A stretch of DNA of 64,000 bases from Amphiscolops sp. MND2022 (GCA_964187785.1 OZ076409.1:56174001-56238000); one strand, 5' to 3'; numbered from the stretch's first letter, positions 1 to 14,690 are shown. Program-made: numbers and translations. Notes: a model not told the origin generated them from the sequence alone.

Positions 1-1710
1 ATCTGAACTGCATTTGATTTTTGTGGTTGTGTGGAACTGGCGGGGTCTCACATTGATGGGTCCAGTATCTCTGCCAAAGTCCCTCACATTGATGGGTCCA
101 GTATCTCTGCCAAAGTCCTAATTCATAATATTCGGTTTCAGCTTGGTTGTCTGTAAAGGTGTAGGCTGTCAATTCATTTGTATCAATGTTTCTGTTTGTT
201 CTTGAGGTTGAATTTCTATGCCAAAAAACATTTAAGGACATTTTTGTCGCGTCTAATTTTCGGGTTTGTGTCGGCATTTTCAAGAGTGTATATTTTCATG
301 TAGTCCTTTGTGCTGAGAACTTTCGATAAGAATTTGATTGTGTGAGTTTTTGAATTTAGATGTCTACAGGTTTGGCCCCTGTCATCAGTTCCAGATTCCT
401 GACAGCCGGTGTGCTGTAGCATCCGGTGGCTGTGTGAAAAACAGTGTTTTGTAATTCGCTAATTTTACTGCGGTTTCCATTATTCCAGGCCGGAAGACCG
501 TAAAAGACGTTCGGTTGAATAACGCATCTGTATAGTTTAATGATTGTTTTCTTATTCAAACTGTTTGTTATCTGACAAAAATGCTTGAGTCTGGCCCATT
601 CAGCCGAGGTTTTTTTCTTGCGGTCGTGATGGTTTCGTTGACAGCGCCAATTTCTATTCCCGTGAGAACCAGTCTTTCTTTCACTACCTTCGTGCCTTTG
701 TGGGCGAAACTTTGAGCTTGTTCCAATTTCTCTTTGGACAAGTTGATGGGAAGAAAAACCGTTTTCGAGACGCTGATTTTAATTCTATTCCAGAAGCACC
801 ATTTCGTGACCTGTTGGATGGCTTCAGACGCTTTCAGAAGCTGTATATGACTCGACTAAGAGTGTAGTGTCATCGGCATATTTGTAGTGGGTAAGTGTAG
901 GGTCGATAACTATATCGATTATAAAATTGATTAAGAGTAAAGGGGATAGAATAATTGCTTGCGGTACGCCAAGTTCACAACTAAACTGCGGCGAAACGGT
1001 GTCGCCGATTTGAATGCGAATAGCTCGGGAGGAAAGCTAATCATGAATCAGTCGGGAACGTTTTCCGACAATTCCTACGTTTATAAGTTAAACAGTCATT
1101 AAGTTCACGTCCACACTGTCAAAGGCTTTTTCAAGGTAAATCCCAACTAGGACAGCTCGGCGTGTTTGATAGTTGATACCACAGATTTCACTGAAAATTT
1201 TGTACAGCATTCGCGATGTTCCTCGTCCCCTTCGAAAATCTTCATGATTGTCATCAAGAGCATTATTTCTAGTTAGTATCCAGTTAATTTTAGCCGCGCT
1301 GATTGATTCAAAAAGCATTCCGATGTCACTAATTGTGTTATTGGCCTGAAACGTTTTGCTTCTAGATAATCTTTTTTGCCATTTTTGGGAGAAAAAATAA
1401 TTCTCCTTTTCGCCAATTTGGTAGCCTAGTTTTGGTGATCACAGCTTGCAGTCGATCAGTTTCACAGAACTTCTGGCTTATAAGGTGTTCCCCGTGGAAG
1501 AAAGATCTTTTTAGAACTTCCATTCTTTCTTCTGCGGAAGAGACAATTTTCCTTCATGGTTTTTGAGAGCCCCTAGAATTGTTTTGTTTCTGTCCGCAAT
1601 GAATCGTTGATATTTCTTCCAGAAGTCTGGCCCTGATGTTTTGTTCAGATTTTTTATGTTGTCTTGTAGCCAGGTGTTGCGTGAGCGGTTAAGTTCCAAC
1701 TTGAAGAGTT
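1..1710 (-). mobile_element. Degenerate LINE (APE-type non-LTR retrotransposon) reverse transcriptase region
   Basis: Minus-strand fragments carry RT motifs 'YLEKAFDSV' (ORF 1088-1318), 'LGVPQAIILSPLL' (~975-935) and 'YKYADDTTL' (~887-860), plus the post-RT 'LYRCVIQPNVFYG..W' (356-559). Many stops and frameshifts. Confidence 0.85.
47..118. repeat. Exact 36-bp tandem duplication
   Basis: ctcacattgatgggtccagtatctctgccaaagtcc at 47-82 and 83-118. Confidence 0.95.
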
Positions 1711-1732
1711 CCTTAAGTGACATATACTGACC

Positions 1733-2910
1733 ATATACAGCTTCTTCTTACCCTGCGACTTAACACTAGAGGAAGGGACGTAGTCACCATCAAGCTCATC
1801 ATCAGTCACTAGTGAAAGTAGAGAGTAAAAGAACGCCTTCAAACTAACTGGAAAAGGCAGGCCACCTAATAATTTCAAGACAAGATTACCTCTTTCCTTG
1901 TTTCCAAGATAGTCAAGATCATTCCGGTCATCGCTAGCAACCGAGTGCACAGATCCAGGTTTCGCTTGACACTCCGTATCCTCATCATCCACGTCATCGC
2001 TAACACTTTTCTCTCCAAATCCACGCTCCTTTGGAATATCAACACTCTCGTCAGCTAATACACTTTCATCTCTCTCACCGTTTCCATAAGCTTCCTTCCC
2101 ACCGCGAATAACAGACTCGACTACTGACTCAGCCGCAACATCACTCTCCACTATCCCAGCTTCACGACTCTGAAGTAGAAAGGCGGTCTTCTCTTCAGTG
2201 GAACGGATTTTACAAATTTCTGAAAATGATAAACACAATGAAAATGTGGCGTAAAATCATGAAATTAATAAAATCAAAATGTTATCTACTATATAAGGAG
2301 AGTTGTTCAGTCTTCCAGCTGAACAATTCAAAACTCAACACAAATGGTGTGAACAATTTTCACAGAGAGGAGAAAAATGAGTTGTCCTGAAAAGTGCCTG
2401 ACATTCAGCTTGTTACTACAATAAATGGAATAATAAAACATTGAAAGAACATACAAATGAAGATATCTTCATTCTTCACCGCGAGCAACCAAACCAATAA
2501 AGCGAAAGGCCCGGTACACTGCCGCCAAATTACCTATTAGTCAATCCACCGCGACCAACTATTGTTTACGAGATCGGCAAGACGGCGAACCAACACGTGG
2601 TACTATACCACGAACGGCAACATGATAACACCATCAATGTGGAAGACGATCAAGTCACAATCTGACGCTTCACGTGAGATAATCCAGTCATCTTTGACGG
2701 TGTACTTCTGAGCCCTATTAGTATTTACAGCATTTCAAAAGGCTCTTGTTCGGGCAGTGACTGGGATACCCATTCCACATGGAGGTCCTACGACTCGATG
2801 AGATATGACTTACCGACCCTTTTCGACACACTGATAAGGTCTAAATCTCAATCCATTCTCTCCGACGAGACTGAGCATGGAAGCCGAATATTGTCACAAC
2901 CCGAGTTAAG
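1733..2910 (-). pseudogene. Decayed two-exon coding fragment of unknown family (acidic exon ~1733-2220; stop-interrupted exon ~2455-2910)
   Basis: An acidic open frame (ORF 1654-2238) is preceded by a ttttcag acceptor (~2221) and followed by a gtcagt donor (~1733). The upstream segment has a ttttcacag acceptor and a gtatgt donor but contains in-frame stops. Confidence 0.35.
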
Positions 2911-5900
2911 CTGTGAAAATTGTAATATGACGAGCTCAGGCTATGGAGAGAGAAAATGGGAATGGAAGGGAGAAAGGAAGAAAGAAACAGCAAGCAAAAC
3001 AATAAACAATCAATATGTCATATTAAAAAAAATACAACAACGGAGCAAAAATATTTATGTTGAAATTTAATATTAGTACTAATAATCAGTTAACAAGTTT
3101 ACGTTCCGATGCAAAAATCAACAACAATGAGAACGGAGCTAGTGTATAGCTAATAGAATTAAAACGGAGCTAAACGATCATTAATGAACGGAGAACACGG
3201 CCTGGCGAACGGCCTGAAAATTAGAATAGCAGTCCCGCCGCCTGGCAGTCGGCCTCAGAATTGCAAATTGAGACGCCTGCCTGGCAAGCGGCCTCAGATT
3301 GAAATGTGCTGTACATTACTATCTAACAGCGAACACTATCCCAATGAATGCATGTAAGCTTGATAATGTGTTAGATGGATAATCGAAACGATGCTATACA
3401 CGTAGTTTTGCTAAATAACTAAATGTTCGTGATGATGGTACAAGTGTTATGGACTGCGGCCCAGGACGCGGCCTGGGATGGACATTCGTTGAAGTCCATT
3501 GTAAAAATGGAAAATTATGGTGTTATTAATAATTTTCTTTGCCTAATGTATCTATGGTTCAATTCTCATGATTACGAATGATGGTTGTTGATTGCATGTA
3601 ATTTATAACACTACTTCTCATGTAAACTATGTTTGTATTATTGAATGACCTGGACCACAGCCTGGTACCAAGATTTTCACCACTCATTAATTTCTGATGT
3701 AATTGCCCTAAACTTCCAGTGTTTCGAACTAATCACAATTTTGCGCAGTATTTTGGAGACTGCTAGAAAAAATCGGTAGACTTTTTGTCCTCTGTAAAGT
3801 TCTGTATGTCATCATTTCATTCCTTGTTTTTCTTTCATCAGCAGTAATTTGATGATTCATCTCTAAATTACCATTGCCCACTTCAGCTTCGGCGTCTCGA
3901 CACGGCGGGAATCGGAGGCGAAGGGAAACGAAGTCACAACTCAGACAGAAAGTAGAAGCTTGCTTTCCTTGGAAAGCATGAACAAACTGAGAATCTGAGT
4001 TCGACAAAACAGAACTGAGCTTCGGTTTCCGTGCCTTGGAAGGACGCCGGGATGAACGAGACATGAAGGTTTTGTGCAATTTTCCCCGCTCTTGTGAGTG
4101 GAAAGAATTAATACTTGTGATTTTGAAAATGATTTCGCTAGATAATTTTGCGAAACTTTTGCTTTTTGACCGGTTGTTGGTAATCAAAAAGCCTTTCAAA
4201 CGCCAATTTTCTTCAAGACTTAGTATAAACTTCCGAGTCGGATTTTCCAGCCTAAGTTAGTACTGTAAAACTAAAATACCTGAAATATCATCCAAGTGAA
4301 AAGCCGGAGAGATTCTCCAACTAGTTCGCTAGACGAACCAGAGGCTGCGAGGTCAAAGACCGAGAACGTTGCGAGTATTTCAGACAGAGATTTTTCAAGA
4401 TCTCTGAAATGGTTGACAAATCTGCCAGCAGCCTAATAAAAGAAACTGAAACGAACCAACGAGAGATTCTTAGGATGATAGAAAACCTATCTTCCAAAAT
4501 TTACACTGTCTGGTAAAGCACTTGGGACTACGGTTTCAGGAACGAACAAAACCAATCCTGAGAACATGGCACATGGATTCTACCTCTAGATCGACGGAAT
4601 TGAATAAAATGCCCTAAGTCGGAGGTCATTACATTGGTTGTCTCAGTTGATTCAATTCTGAAGTCTAAAAAGTATTATCCTGACTTTTTTCTTTATCAAT
4701 TTCAGCATTTGATGCGTATTTTTTCCTGGGAAGTAACTCTTTGACTTTCCTGAGAAGTAGAAGGACCATACCTGTTGTTCTCGGTATCCTCTTCATCAGT
4801 TAAGTTGTTGTGTCTATTTGCTCTGATTTCTTTCAATTTTGATGTTTTTAAGGGCTCTGTTAGTTCACTACCTAAGTTCCTGTCCAAATTGTAGCTAACA
4901 CTCTCAGAAACATCAACTAAAGTCGCAATACCTTGTTTGAATCTTGTTTCTCAGATATTTTCGTTTCTGTATGAAAGTTAAGATTCTCCTCTCCTTGAGC
5001 GTCTACTTTGTTTTCGTTTTCAATGATGAACCAATGTTAGGCCGAAAACATTTGAATTCCAAAGAAATTGGGTGAAATGAAATTGAAGATGTTTCACAGA
5101 AAGAGAAGCTGTAAAATAAAGAAGAACTGCTTGGCAAATGTGGGGTGACTGTCTTGTACGAGTGTTTTTTGTTGAATGATTGTTGGTGAAACTAGTTTTA
5201 ACGGTCTCTTCCAATATGATCTTTTGGATGTTCCTTTTCGTAGCATGACCATCAGTTTTATTCAAATCATCATAACGTCATGTTTCTAAGGTCAAAGGTA
5301 AAAATCAATTAAAACATCACATCCACAGCAAGTCTAAATATAGCACTGTGGTGGCGGCGGAAATAACGCGGAACCATATGCATTATACTGTTTGTCATTA
5401 TAACTTCGCATACACTGTTTTACGAGAACCGCAAAATTCAGTATATTTCACAAGGACTATCTAGCTGGTGTTCATTATGCTGTTTTCTAGTGTAAACATC
5501 ATGCTGTTTTGGTGGAATTTCCGCATATGCAGTTTTATACAAACTGCATATATTAGTATAAATCAGAAGATATGCGGTATAAATCAGGATAATCCGATTA
5601 TATATAACAGTATAATCACAAGCACAAAAACGTGTGAATTCTTGTTGCTACATCCTGGATGAATCGTCCTGCTAATTTAAAGCATTTTTTTATAACTGTG
5701 CTATAAACTCTACGGAAGTTTTAAATACACAAAATACAGTCTAACTTCGTAAATTTGAGTGATATAAAAAGGGTTCATTTGAGTCAAATAACGATTTTGC
5801 TACTTCTCTTATTTTCCAGTGAACGTATTTTCTGTCAACTAAATTAACATCAAAAAGGAACAAAAAAATCAAATTTTCCCGATAGCTAATAACAAAATCT

Positions 5901-6649
5901 TCAATCAAATATGAAAAGAGGAGATCCTTCAGCACTATTATATGAAACAAACATCTGATTTAACGAAGAAGTTTAATTGGTTACGGTGCTTAAATAAGGG
6001 TGAAAGTTTCCATACGTCTTTGCGCGTTCCGAAATCAAGTGACGGAGGTTGATCTGTTCACCTGTGCTACACGCCGGACTTATCGCAAGGGTAGCCTGGC
6101 AACCAGTGGATTTTTGGCGCCCTTTCTTTCTTTGCGTTTTCATGTATTCTGGCTTGAACACTTTTTTCGGAAAAAATGTCTCATTTTGCCGAAAAAAATG
6201 ATTAGAAAACACCATGTTCGACAGGGTTTGGATTGTTAGTATGTTTTTGAGGTTTTGAACGTCGAATTTGTTTTGGACGAGGTTCTGACAATTCCAGTAT
6301 GTTTTGAGCATCCGTAGTTCAAGTTGAATATAAGAACAAAACAATTGTCGTTAAAAGGGACAAATGTTAAAAGGATCAAGTAATCTAAGGAGGGACTTCC
6401 CAGTGCTCTGGGGAAATAAGAAAAAAAATCAATGTAAGAGTGTGGACTAAAAAAGCGTGAACAAAAAGTCGAAATCTCCGCGCGACGGTTTTCAACCACT
6501 CAATTGACCTAACATCTTTTTTTATGCCAGTCTAATTATTCTTGCGTTCCGGATGCACTTGTTGCCCACATATACAACGTGGCCAACGTAAAACATCATG
6601 TTGACTGGTAGTTTTGTTAAGTTTACAAACTCTAGAACTAGAGGCTTAC

Positions 6650-9530
6650 AAAAAGTACAACGCATAAGACGAGTTCATCTTCCTAGGGACTTTACTGCTA
6701 GTTTTAGTTTTCTTGGTCTCTGTCTCCTTAGGTTTGTTCCACAGTAATATTCAAATTTAGTCTAGTTTTCCCAACGCTGAATTCGAGTTGCGAGTTTCCA
6801 TCCCTTGTTTCCATCATTAAATCTACTAGGAGAACTCATCGTCTGTAAAGTTCGAGTAGCAAAAATAGTGTTCTAAGATGTGTTTTGCTGCTTCTTTGTT
6901 CTGGTATTGTAGGTTGTATTCGACAAAGCATTCACTGTCTTCTTCAGGGCTCAAGAATTTGCCATTGGAAGTCTTCTAGCTCTGATTCTCCTCGTAACAG
7001 AGAGATCGGCTTGATACCGTTCAATTTGGTATGCGCTTTCAGCGTCTCCATGGAATGGATTAGTTTTTCTAGTATTTGCTGGCCAGTTTGTTTTGGACAT
7101 AGTTTTTATGATAGGACATAAATTAATTGTTTTAGAGTTTCGTCCGTGTAGAGTTTGGTTTTTGTTTGGAGCAAAGTTCTTTGAAGAGGATATGTTTGCG
7201 AGAAATCATTTAGAAAAAACCTTTTGTTGGTTTTAAGTCCGCAGGGACAAAGAAGACAATGGGTACTGGTCTGCTGAGGATAGTCGTTGAGTTTCCATCT
7301 TGGATTCTAAGGAAAGGGTTCATGTCTTGTGAAGGGATTAAAGAGTGAAGTAGATAACAGTCGTTGTATTCTTCATTTTCGTTGAGGATAGTGTTGTTGA
7401 GTTCTGTCCGGTTTCTAAAATGATATTTCAGGATTCATTCGTCTAGGACGTCTAGCATTCAGTTTTATAATGTTCCTTTTACTAGGGTGGTTGGATGGGT
7501 TTGTTGTTTTCCATGACACTTAGCAAAGTCTTTCTCAGTTCTTCCAGAAGACAATAATGAAGTTGAGTCTCGTCGGAACTGCCTCTCTGTTTGGTAGAAT
7601 CAAAGATACAGGAGAAAAATGTTCCTGGCGATATCTGAGTCGAATTTGTAGCATTCTGTCGTCTTTAGTTTGAAATTGGAGTGTGAAATTTTGATTGTTA
7701 GTATTTGTGATACGTATTCGTGAATTTTGTTTAGTTCAAGGCTATCATTGCAGAAAGTGTTCAGAGCTCTCTTGAGTTCAATGCCGTGGAGATCAAAGTG
7801 TTTTTTGTTCATTTGTTCTTGGCAGAAATTCAATCCAAGTAGGTTTTGTGTCTTCTTCTCGGTGATCCAAACTGTTAATGGGATGTTGTGTTGACCATCG
7901 GCGTCGTAATAGCGTTTTAAAGTAATGTATTCACTCATAGAGATGCTTTGTCCCATGTAGTTTTGCGTAGTGCTAATGCTTCAGCTGAGTTCCAGGTCTT
8001 GTCGAAGTTGGCAAAGGTCTCTAAAGGTCCTGTAGTGGATGATTGAAGGTGTTGCCCAGTGTCTAGTACTGAATCGATTACTAAGCTACAAATTTTTGGT
8101 GAGTCTCCAGCAGCAAAAAAAGCTTCAGACTAAATTTTAGAAGGGAGTGCTGCTGTTTCTGATTTTTGCAAACCATGGTAGTTTAATGGGCCAAAATTGG
8201 TGAAAATGTTAACCGAGTAGTCAGATTCTGGGAATTGCACTGTGCTGGAACCTCCCATGTTGATTGTTTTGGGAAAAGTTCCTTGTTTAGCCCGGGTGAG
8301 TGTGTTGGGTCTTTCGTTTCTGTTTTGTGGTCTCTGAAAGACGGAGTTATTCCTTGGTGGAATAGGTTGTAAGTTATGGTTGAAACAGCTGGACTGGTCT
8401 CTGTTGGGGATAAATGGACATCTTGGTCTTTGGAGTCCAGGAGCGGCGCTTCTATGAGTGTAAAGAATCTTGGGGGAAAATCACCTCCCTCCTTGTGGAA
8501 ATCTAGGGTTACAAATGCTAAGTCTCGTTCTCGTAGGTCTGCATTTGGGGTTAAAACGTCTGTTTCGTGGGCTATTATACTCGTTTCATGTGGGGTTTGA
8601 TTGCATAGCTCCATCTAGTGCTAGTTGGTGTGCCATTGCCACATGTGTTTGGGTATCTGAAGTAAGTAGTCTTGACTGAACCCTTGAGCCATGTCCATGT
8701 CCAGTTCTTTTGTTGTAATAGTTGGTGAATGTTATTCTTTCTTTGAAGGTTTTTTTCAATCTGGACATTTTTCACCTCTTCGTCTCTCATTTTCTTTCTA
8801 CACCACTTCACTTAGGCGTGTGCCAATTTGTCCTGCAGTAGCCGCAGAACAGAGTGGCCATTCTGTTTTCGTCCGGTAGCGTCCAGGTCTATCGTTTTCT
8901 CTACTGCCTTGGTGTAGGAGAGGACTTTGTTTGTTACTGCTTGTGAAAATTGTTCCCAAGTCGCGTCCAGGTGCTCCATTAGGTATTCATGAGCTTTTTC
9001 TCTCAATTTCTGTCGTCTTAGGCCTCTCACTGAGTAAAAGTTGCATCTTTGTCTGCTTTGTCGATCACGTGCCGTTCTTTTGACGTTTCGATCGTTTTGT
9101 GCAACATCAGCAAGATCGTCTGGCCATCGTTTTCCCACCACTATTTTGGTTCTTTGTAAGAAAATCTTCACCTCTTCTACATCTAGTCTGGTGATGTGTT
9201 CTGCTTCCATTCGTATCTGAATTTGTTTCTTCATCAACGGATCTTGTGATAAAACGTTCTCTGATTTCTTTCCAAAAGTTAATGTCTGTGACGCTTGATT
9301 CAAACCAAGGATGTTTGGCGCTGGTCCTCTCAGGGGGTTAGGGAAGTAGGAATTTTTTCTGAAGTTGTAGACGTCAAGAGATGCTCCATTGGCTGTGGTA
9401 TTGTTATGAGAAATTCAAAATTTCTTCTCTATTGTTTGTATAAATTGTCCAAGATATTTATCGGGGTCTTGTCTGGTGATTTGGTCTCCGTCGAGGTCTT
9501 GATAGGTCAAAAAATGTAGTGCAGCCATCA
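6650..9530 (-). mobile_element. Degenerate Ty3/Gypsy-like LTR retrotransposon fragment (gag-protease region)
   Basis: Collinear minus-strand fragments: gag-like 'MAALHFLTYQDLDGDQITRQDPD' from 9528 and ORF 8812-9303, aspartic-protease-like 'DSVLDTG' (~8075-8055), and 'VWITEKKTQNLLGLNF' (7600-7956). Heavily disrupted. Confidence 0.65.
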
Positions 9531-11739
9531 TTGACGATTGAAAATAGCGAAGATGAAACTTGGAGCATGCAATAGTGAATTATAGTTTCAAAGAAGTAGG
9601 TTTGCCCAGGTCTGGGTAAACAGTCGCAAAAGGCGAGCTCAGTGAATTATGCTCTGATGAAAGTTCTAGAGGTTGAAAGGTCTAGAAAGGTCAAATGCTG
9701 CATACATTTTGCGGAAAACTGCAAACCTAGCTGTTGTTTGTTAGAGTACTTTGTGCAAATCTTACCATTGTTATCTGTCATTACGTAGAGTAGTTCCGGA
9801 TAAACCAATCCTCCGATTGATTTTACTCTTAGCACGTTTATGAAGGATGTTATCAACCCCTGGTCGTTTCACCAACCTGTAAAATTGCTTTCGTGGCTTC
9901 TAGAAGAGGAACACTTCAAATGAAGAAACAGAGAGAGTCATTCTTGTCCTTAGAACTATATGTGCGGGCCCACATCACAATTATGCATATTCTTACCGGT
10001 CCTGACAAAGCAACTTTCCCTGCTAACGTATGCTACATAGATTCCAGGATGTCCATTGGGCTCACGGCCTTTAAGAGTATCCGAAAAGACCTAGGCATGC
10101 TTTTACTTAATATGAGTCAGTCCGGACTATAGCGAACTTCTCAATCTTAGCGTTAAAGGAAAAGAAAGAAAAAGTCAGAAGAACGATGAAAAAAGTAGGG
10201 TAGTTAACCCTAACGTCAGCCGGTAGGGACTTTACGAAGTCGCTCTTTTACCTCTCAGTAAGGAGAAAACGAGAAGAACGCCTCACTGGTCGCACAAGTT
10301 TGTCGCAGGCATCATTATTCTCTTTCTTAATTTCGTTTTTCAACTGGTCAGTTATTCTCAGCATTAGTCAGTTAAGCTACTGCAGCGGTTTGCAAAGTAT
10401 TTGCAGGCTACCAATCCATTAGTTTTGCAGAATGAGTAAAAAAGCCTCAATAGCTGACTCTGTGAGTACTGGCAAAGAAGTCCCTTGCGTGTACGTGCGA
10501 GCAAAAGCATTGCGTTAGTAAAAGCGACGACGCAGTATTTCTAAATGAGATTTCGCTGTCCACAAAAGGTAGAGGAAACACTTATGTTAATTTATAAAAA
10601 AGGAAGTAACGGTTAGGACTGAGTTATACTTCTAGGCACAGCAGTATCTACCATCAGCGATTTACGATTCAGTTACGTTGCAATTCTTCCAACAAATTTT
10701 CTCCGAAAATAAGTAATGGAACATTTGCTTGGTTACAAATCAGAAAAAACTTCAGTAAAATTTTACATTTCAAATTATTTCAATTTGTATTTTGGAAAGC
10801 ATTTTCATCAGAGTTAATAAATGTACAGTCCGGATAACTTGAGCGTGCTTTGATTCTATTGTCTTTGTTCAAATAGACTTGACAATTATTTTCATCTTTA
10901 GGACAAATTGAGTAAAATCTAAGATGAAGACCATGTAGCTTCAGCCTGTAGTTTCTTACTTGATCCGAAACAGAAAACTTAAAGATACTATTTAAACAAC
11001 CGCAAAATAAAGTCAGCGGAGGAAATTCTACGTTAGAATTAAAACAATTGCTTAAAGAAACCAGCGGAAAACATTTTAGGAATTTATATAGAAACAAAAT
11101 AGGAGACTGAAAGTCTCCAAAAATATTTTAGGTTATCTCTCAACTCACCAAAAAGGAGACCAAATCCGGTTGAAGAGAAATTTCTAGTTTAGAGAATTCT
11201 GTTGAGGGAGATGTAATTTGGCAAAACATAAGAAATCAGAAGTGGAGGAAGAAAATTGGCTGAGACATGAGCCACTGAGGGAGAAGAGAAAAGCGAAAGA
11301 TACACTTTTCAAGTCTAAGAGAAGTATAGGGAAGGAATGGGACGATGATAAGAGAAGAGGGAGAGCAGGTGAAGAGAAGGAAGAGAAGTGTGAGAGGCAG
11401 AGAGCTGTTGAAGCTGAATCTCAGCCGTTTGGCGAGAAAAATGATTCGCCAGCAGGTGCAGGCCGTACAATAACAGTTACGCAATTCTGCGAGACTGCGT
11501 GGCTGGCATATTTGGTATCCAACCGATGACACTTTCTTTCGAATTTTACTTCACCGCGTTGAATAATAGAAACTTTCACTATGTATTTCCGCGATATCCC
11601 TAAATTTTCCTGGTTGTTATTTTAACCAGCAGCAGATGTGTTTGAGCCGTTTTTATCGTTTATCAATCTTCCTCCCCAACTCTGTTTCTCCACGTTAGTT
11701 CAATTCGCTCTTACGTTTCTTTAGGCGTTTTTCAACTTT

Positions 11740-11945
11740 AAACAGCACTGTAGCTCTGGGCTGAACGTTAGGTTTTTCATTCTTGAAGGTGTTTTCAAGA
11801 ATATACTGCACTCTAGCACTGGGGTGATTGTTGATGCTTGTTATTCCTGCAGGTGTTTTTTGAATATCAACAGCACTCTAGCACTAGCACAAGAGTGATT
11901 GTTATGCTTGTTTCTGCAGGTGTTTTTAAAAAGTGATTGTTAAGC
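11740..11945. repeat. Three imperfect tandem copies of a ~65-bp unit
   Basis: cagcact(c/g)tagc...tgattgtt...tgcaggtgtttt recurs three times. Confidence 0.7.
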
Positions 11946-12097
11946 GTTTGTCATAACGCGCCATCATTCTACATTGTGAAACTGATCGCTGTGAATTTGA
12001 ATGTCTAATTCTACATACCCAAGCGGCCACTTTGTCAACTAATCATTATTAGCCAATGACACACCTTCGATAATAAAATTCCCTGATAATAAATGAT

Positions 12098-13361
12098 TCT
12101 CTGTTTTACTGCTTTGGTTCGCGGGAAATTGACTCTGGGATGACGCTGACGTGAACAACTAATACCTGATGTTGAAATTCAGCTTGATCAAAATGTGATG
12201 ACTAACTTCCAAGTTACGATTATCTAAGCGATGCTAGGAATATGTTTCGAAAAAATTGGGACTCAATGCTTGTGTTAAAATGAAATCAAATTCACAATCC
12301 TTAAAATTTAAATGCACATATTGTTAACAATTTCAGCCTGACGCAACAAGTGCGACCACTTTACAAACTAACTCAACAGAATAAGGAACTTCAAATATTT
12401 CTCAAACATGGAGCGACGCGATTACAACGTCATATAAAATGAGACTTGCACAAAATGTTAACAGATAGCAAAAACATGTTTTACAGCGCCATTTATGTAC
12501 AAAAATTGTTTATGTAATAAAAGCGGATTTATCTAATCTATCTGATTTCATAAACTTGTCTTGACTAGTTTTCTTGGCGCTGTGACGTGACGGCAAGGCG
12601 ATATGAGATTTCGACTAGTTTCAGGCATTGCTGACGAGTATTTTAGAAGTGAGTTTCTAGCTAGCTGCCAGCGCCGTGACGTCACATTGGCGGAAAATTG
12701 GAATGATTTCTAGTAAGGCCATTAATATAGGCGGATAATCGGAATGATTTTCTGGTAAGCATAGACGAGGCAGTGACGTCAATTGGTATACCTTCAAAAC
12801 TTGTCTGCGTCTTACTGACGACAAATGTACATGTATTCCTAATTCCACCGCCGCCTTGTTTACTTAGCGCAGTATTGTCGTCCTAAATCGCACTAATTGC
12901 CGTTCAAAGTGCAATTAAGCTGCCTTTCTTAGAAAAGGCTTAATTTCCTCGGCGTGCCATCTCAATGTGTTTTTCTGTTTTAGATCTGATTGATGTTCTT
13001 TCTTGGGGATGATTTTGGATATGTTTTCGTTTAGATTAGTCTATGATCTTCATTCCAGAACGTCTTTCAATCCAGTTTTCAGATGGCGAATGTTTCAATT
13101 TTGGCGTGTCTAAAACGTCTTACCGGAAATGCATGAAAATCCATTTAGATCATTTGTTCGCTATTTTCATTTTCGTTTGGAAATTTGCGTAAAGTAGACG
13201 TATATTTCGTATTATTCTTGGTCATAGTTTATTTTAAAGTTAAGATTAAAGTTTAAGTTAGTAGCCAAAATACCATCTTGGGAAGCGTAAGCTGCATCCG
13301 TGCCCTCTCCCAATTCCAACTCTTTTACAACAGCATGCCAGACCGGGAGCGGGCTGTGACA
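12098..13361 (+). mobile_element. Truncated 5' portion of the Tc1 element also present, inverted, at 21900-23484
   Basis: Collinear reverse-complement similarity to the downstream copy, e.g. 13183 aatttgcgtaaagtagacgtatattt vs 22053-22080, 12140 atgacgctgacgtgaacaa vs 23423-23441, and 13340 accgggagcgggctgtgaca vs 21903-21922. Confidence 0.85.
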
Positions 13362-14690
13362 GGAACTTAAAAAACAAAAACGATTATTTGTTGTTGCATT
13401 AACGCAATAAATGATTCTGCTTCAAACAGTCTTTTCGATATTTTAAGCATATTGTTTTTGCGAATTTCCAAAAGGAATTAAAAGGAACTTCTCTGACAAC
13501 AAAACGACAAAAATTACTCACTCATAATGCGGATTCTTCCGTCGAGAAAAGTCCCTGCTTCAAGCCGGTTACAGAAACTTTCGTTCTGGGTCAATATTCT
13601 AAGAAGACTTGCCCAAAATAAGGTGTCCACTTACTGTCCAAAGCGTACCTAACTCAACCACGTCAGGGAAATCATACATTTCTAAACTATATAGCACTAT
13701 TATTGACAAGATCAAAACCAAATTATATGGAGAAGATCTTTACATATTGAATGACAAAGCGACCGATGGAGCAGGACGGTTTGTTGTTGGAGTGTTCGTT
13801 GGTGATATTTCTAGGCTATCAAAGCCTCGCTTGGTCGATCTCGTCGAAATCAAAAAATCTGACCATTTTGGTTTTAACCACATAGTCTGTGTCTCCTTGG
13901 CCCGCGTATTTGAAGGTGGAATTCCGTATGATCGCGTCCTTCTTTTTACCAGTGATGGTGCAGCGTACATGATCGAAGCTGATAAAAACCTCGAAACGAT
14001 GTTTCCAAAAACGCTACATGTTACCTGCGTTGTTCATGAGCTTATGAGGGTAGCCGAGCTTGTCCGCTCTCATGATGCAATTACAGAGGGATATGTAATC
14101 AAGCCGAAAAAGCTTTTTGATCAATCCACTGCAAGAAAACACCAATTCAAACAACTTTAACCCTTACGTCTTCCTCTGAAACTTGTTAATACGCGATGGA
14201 ATACATTTTTGAATGCCTAATTCTATTATTGCGATCACTTTGACGAATTTAAGCAATTTCTTGTTCATTTACTTGAGCGCGACCAATACTTGATGAATGA
14301 ATCAGCACTTGAGCCTGTCTCACAATCAATTTCAGGATACTGACTGAATCAAAGATCAACTTCAATGGTTTATTTCGTTGCGCGACAGTATTCGTATCAT
14401 GAAGAAACTGCAAAGTTCATTGAAATGCGAGCCTTACGCAACAAAACTGGACCAAGTCCTGAAGAAAAAAGTCCACATTATTCGAATATGGTTCATTTAT
14501 ACGATGCCGCAAACGTTGATAATGTCGAAAAATCTCCAATTGAGTTATGCAGTGCCGAAACTTACGAAAACGCACCTTTGGTTTCGGCTGAAATTGAATG
14601 CGTGTTTTCAACTATGAGTGAATTTGTAACACCGCAGAGCATGAACTGGACTGTTGAAAACTTGAAGCATCATGTTATAATCTAGTACAA
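13362..14690 (+). mobile_element. Degenerate hAT-superfamily transposase (CGGBP1/DUF659-like)
   Basis: 'DKATDGAGR', 'LLFTSDGAAYM', 'HVTCVVHELMRVAE' (CxxH), 'VNTRWNTFL' and the dimerisation-like 'APLVSAEIECVFS...ENLK'. Stops and frameshifts are present. Confidence 0.85.

Noticed and set aside
5973..6344. Possible MULE/FLYWCH-type fragment ('GCQATL')
   Set aside because: A single short motif is not enough to support a call.
11218..11532. Lys/Glu-rich ORF and its antisense ORF
   Set aside because: Purine-rich low-complexity sequence with no domain evidence.
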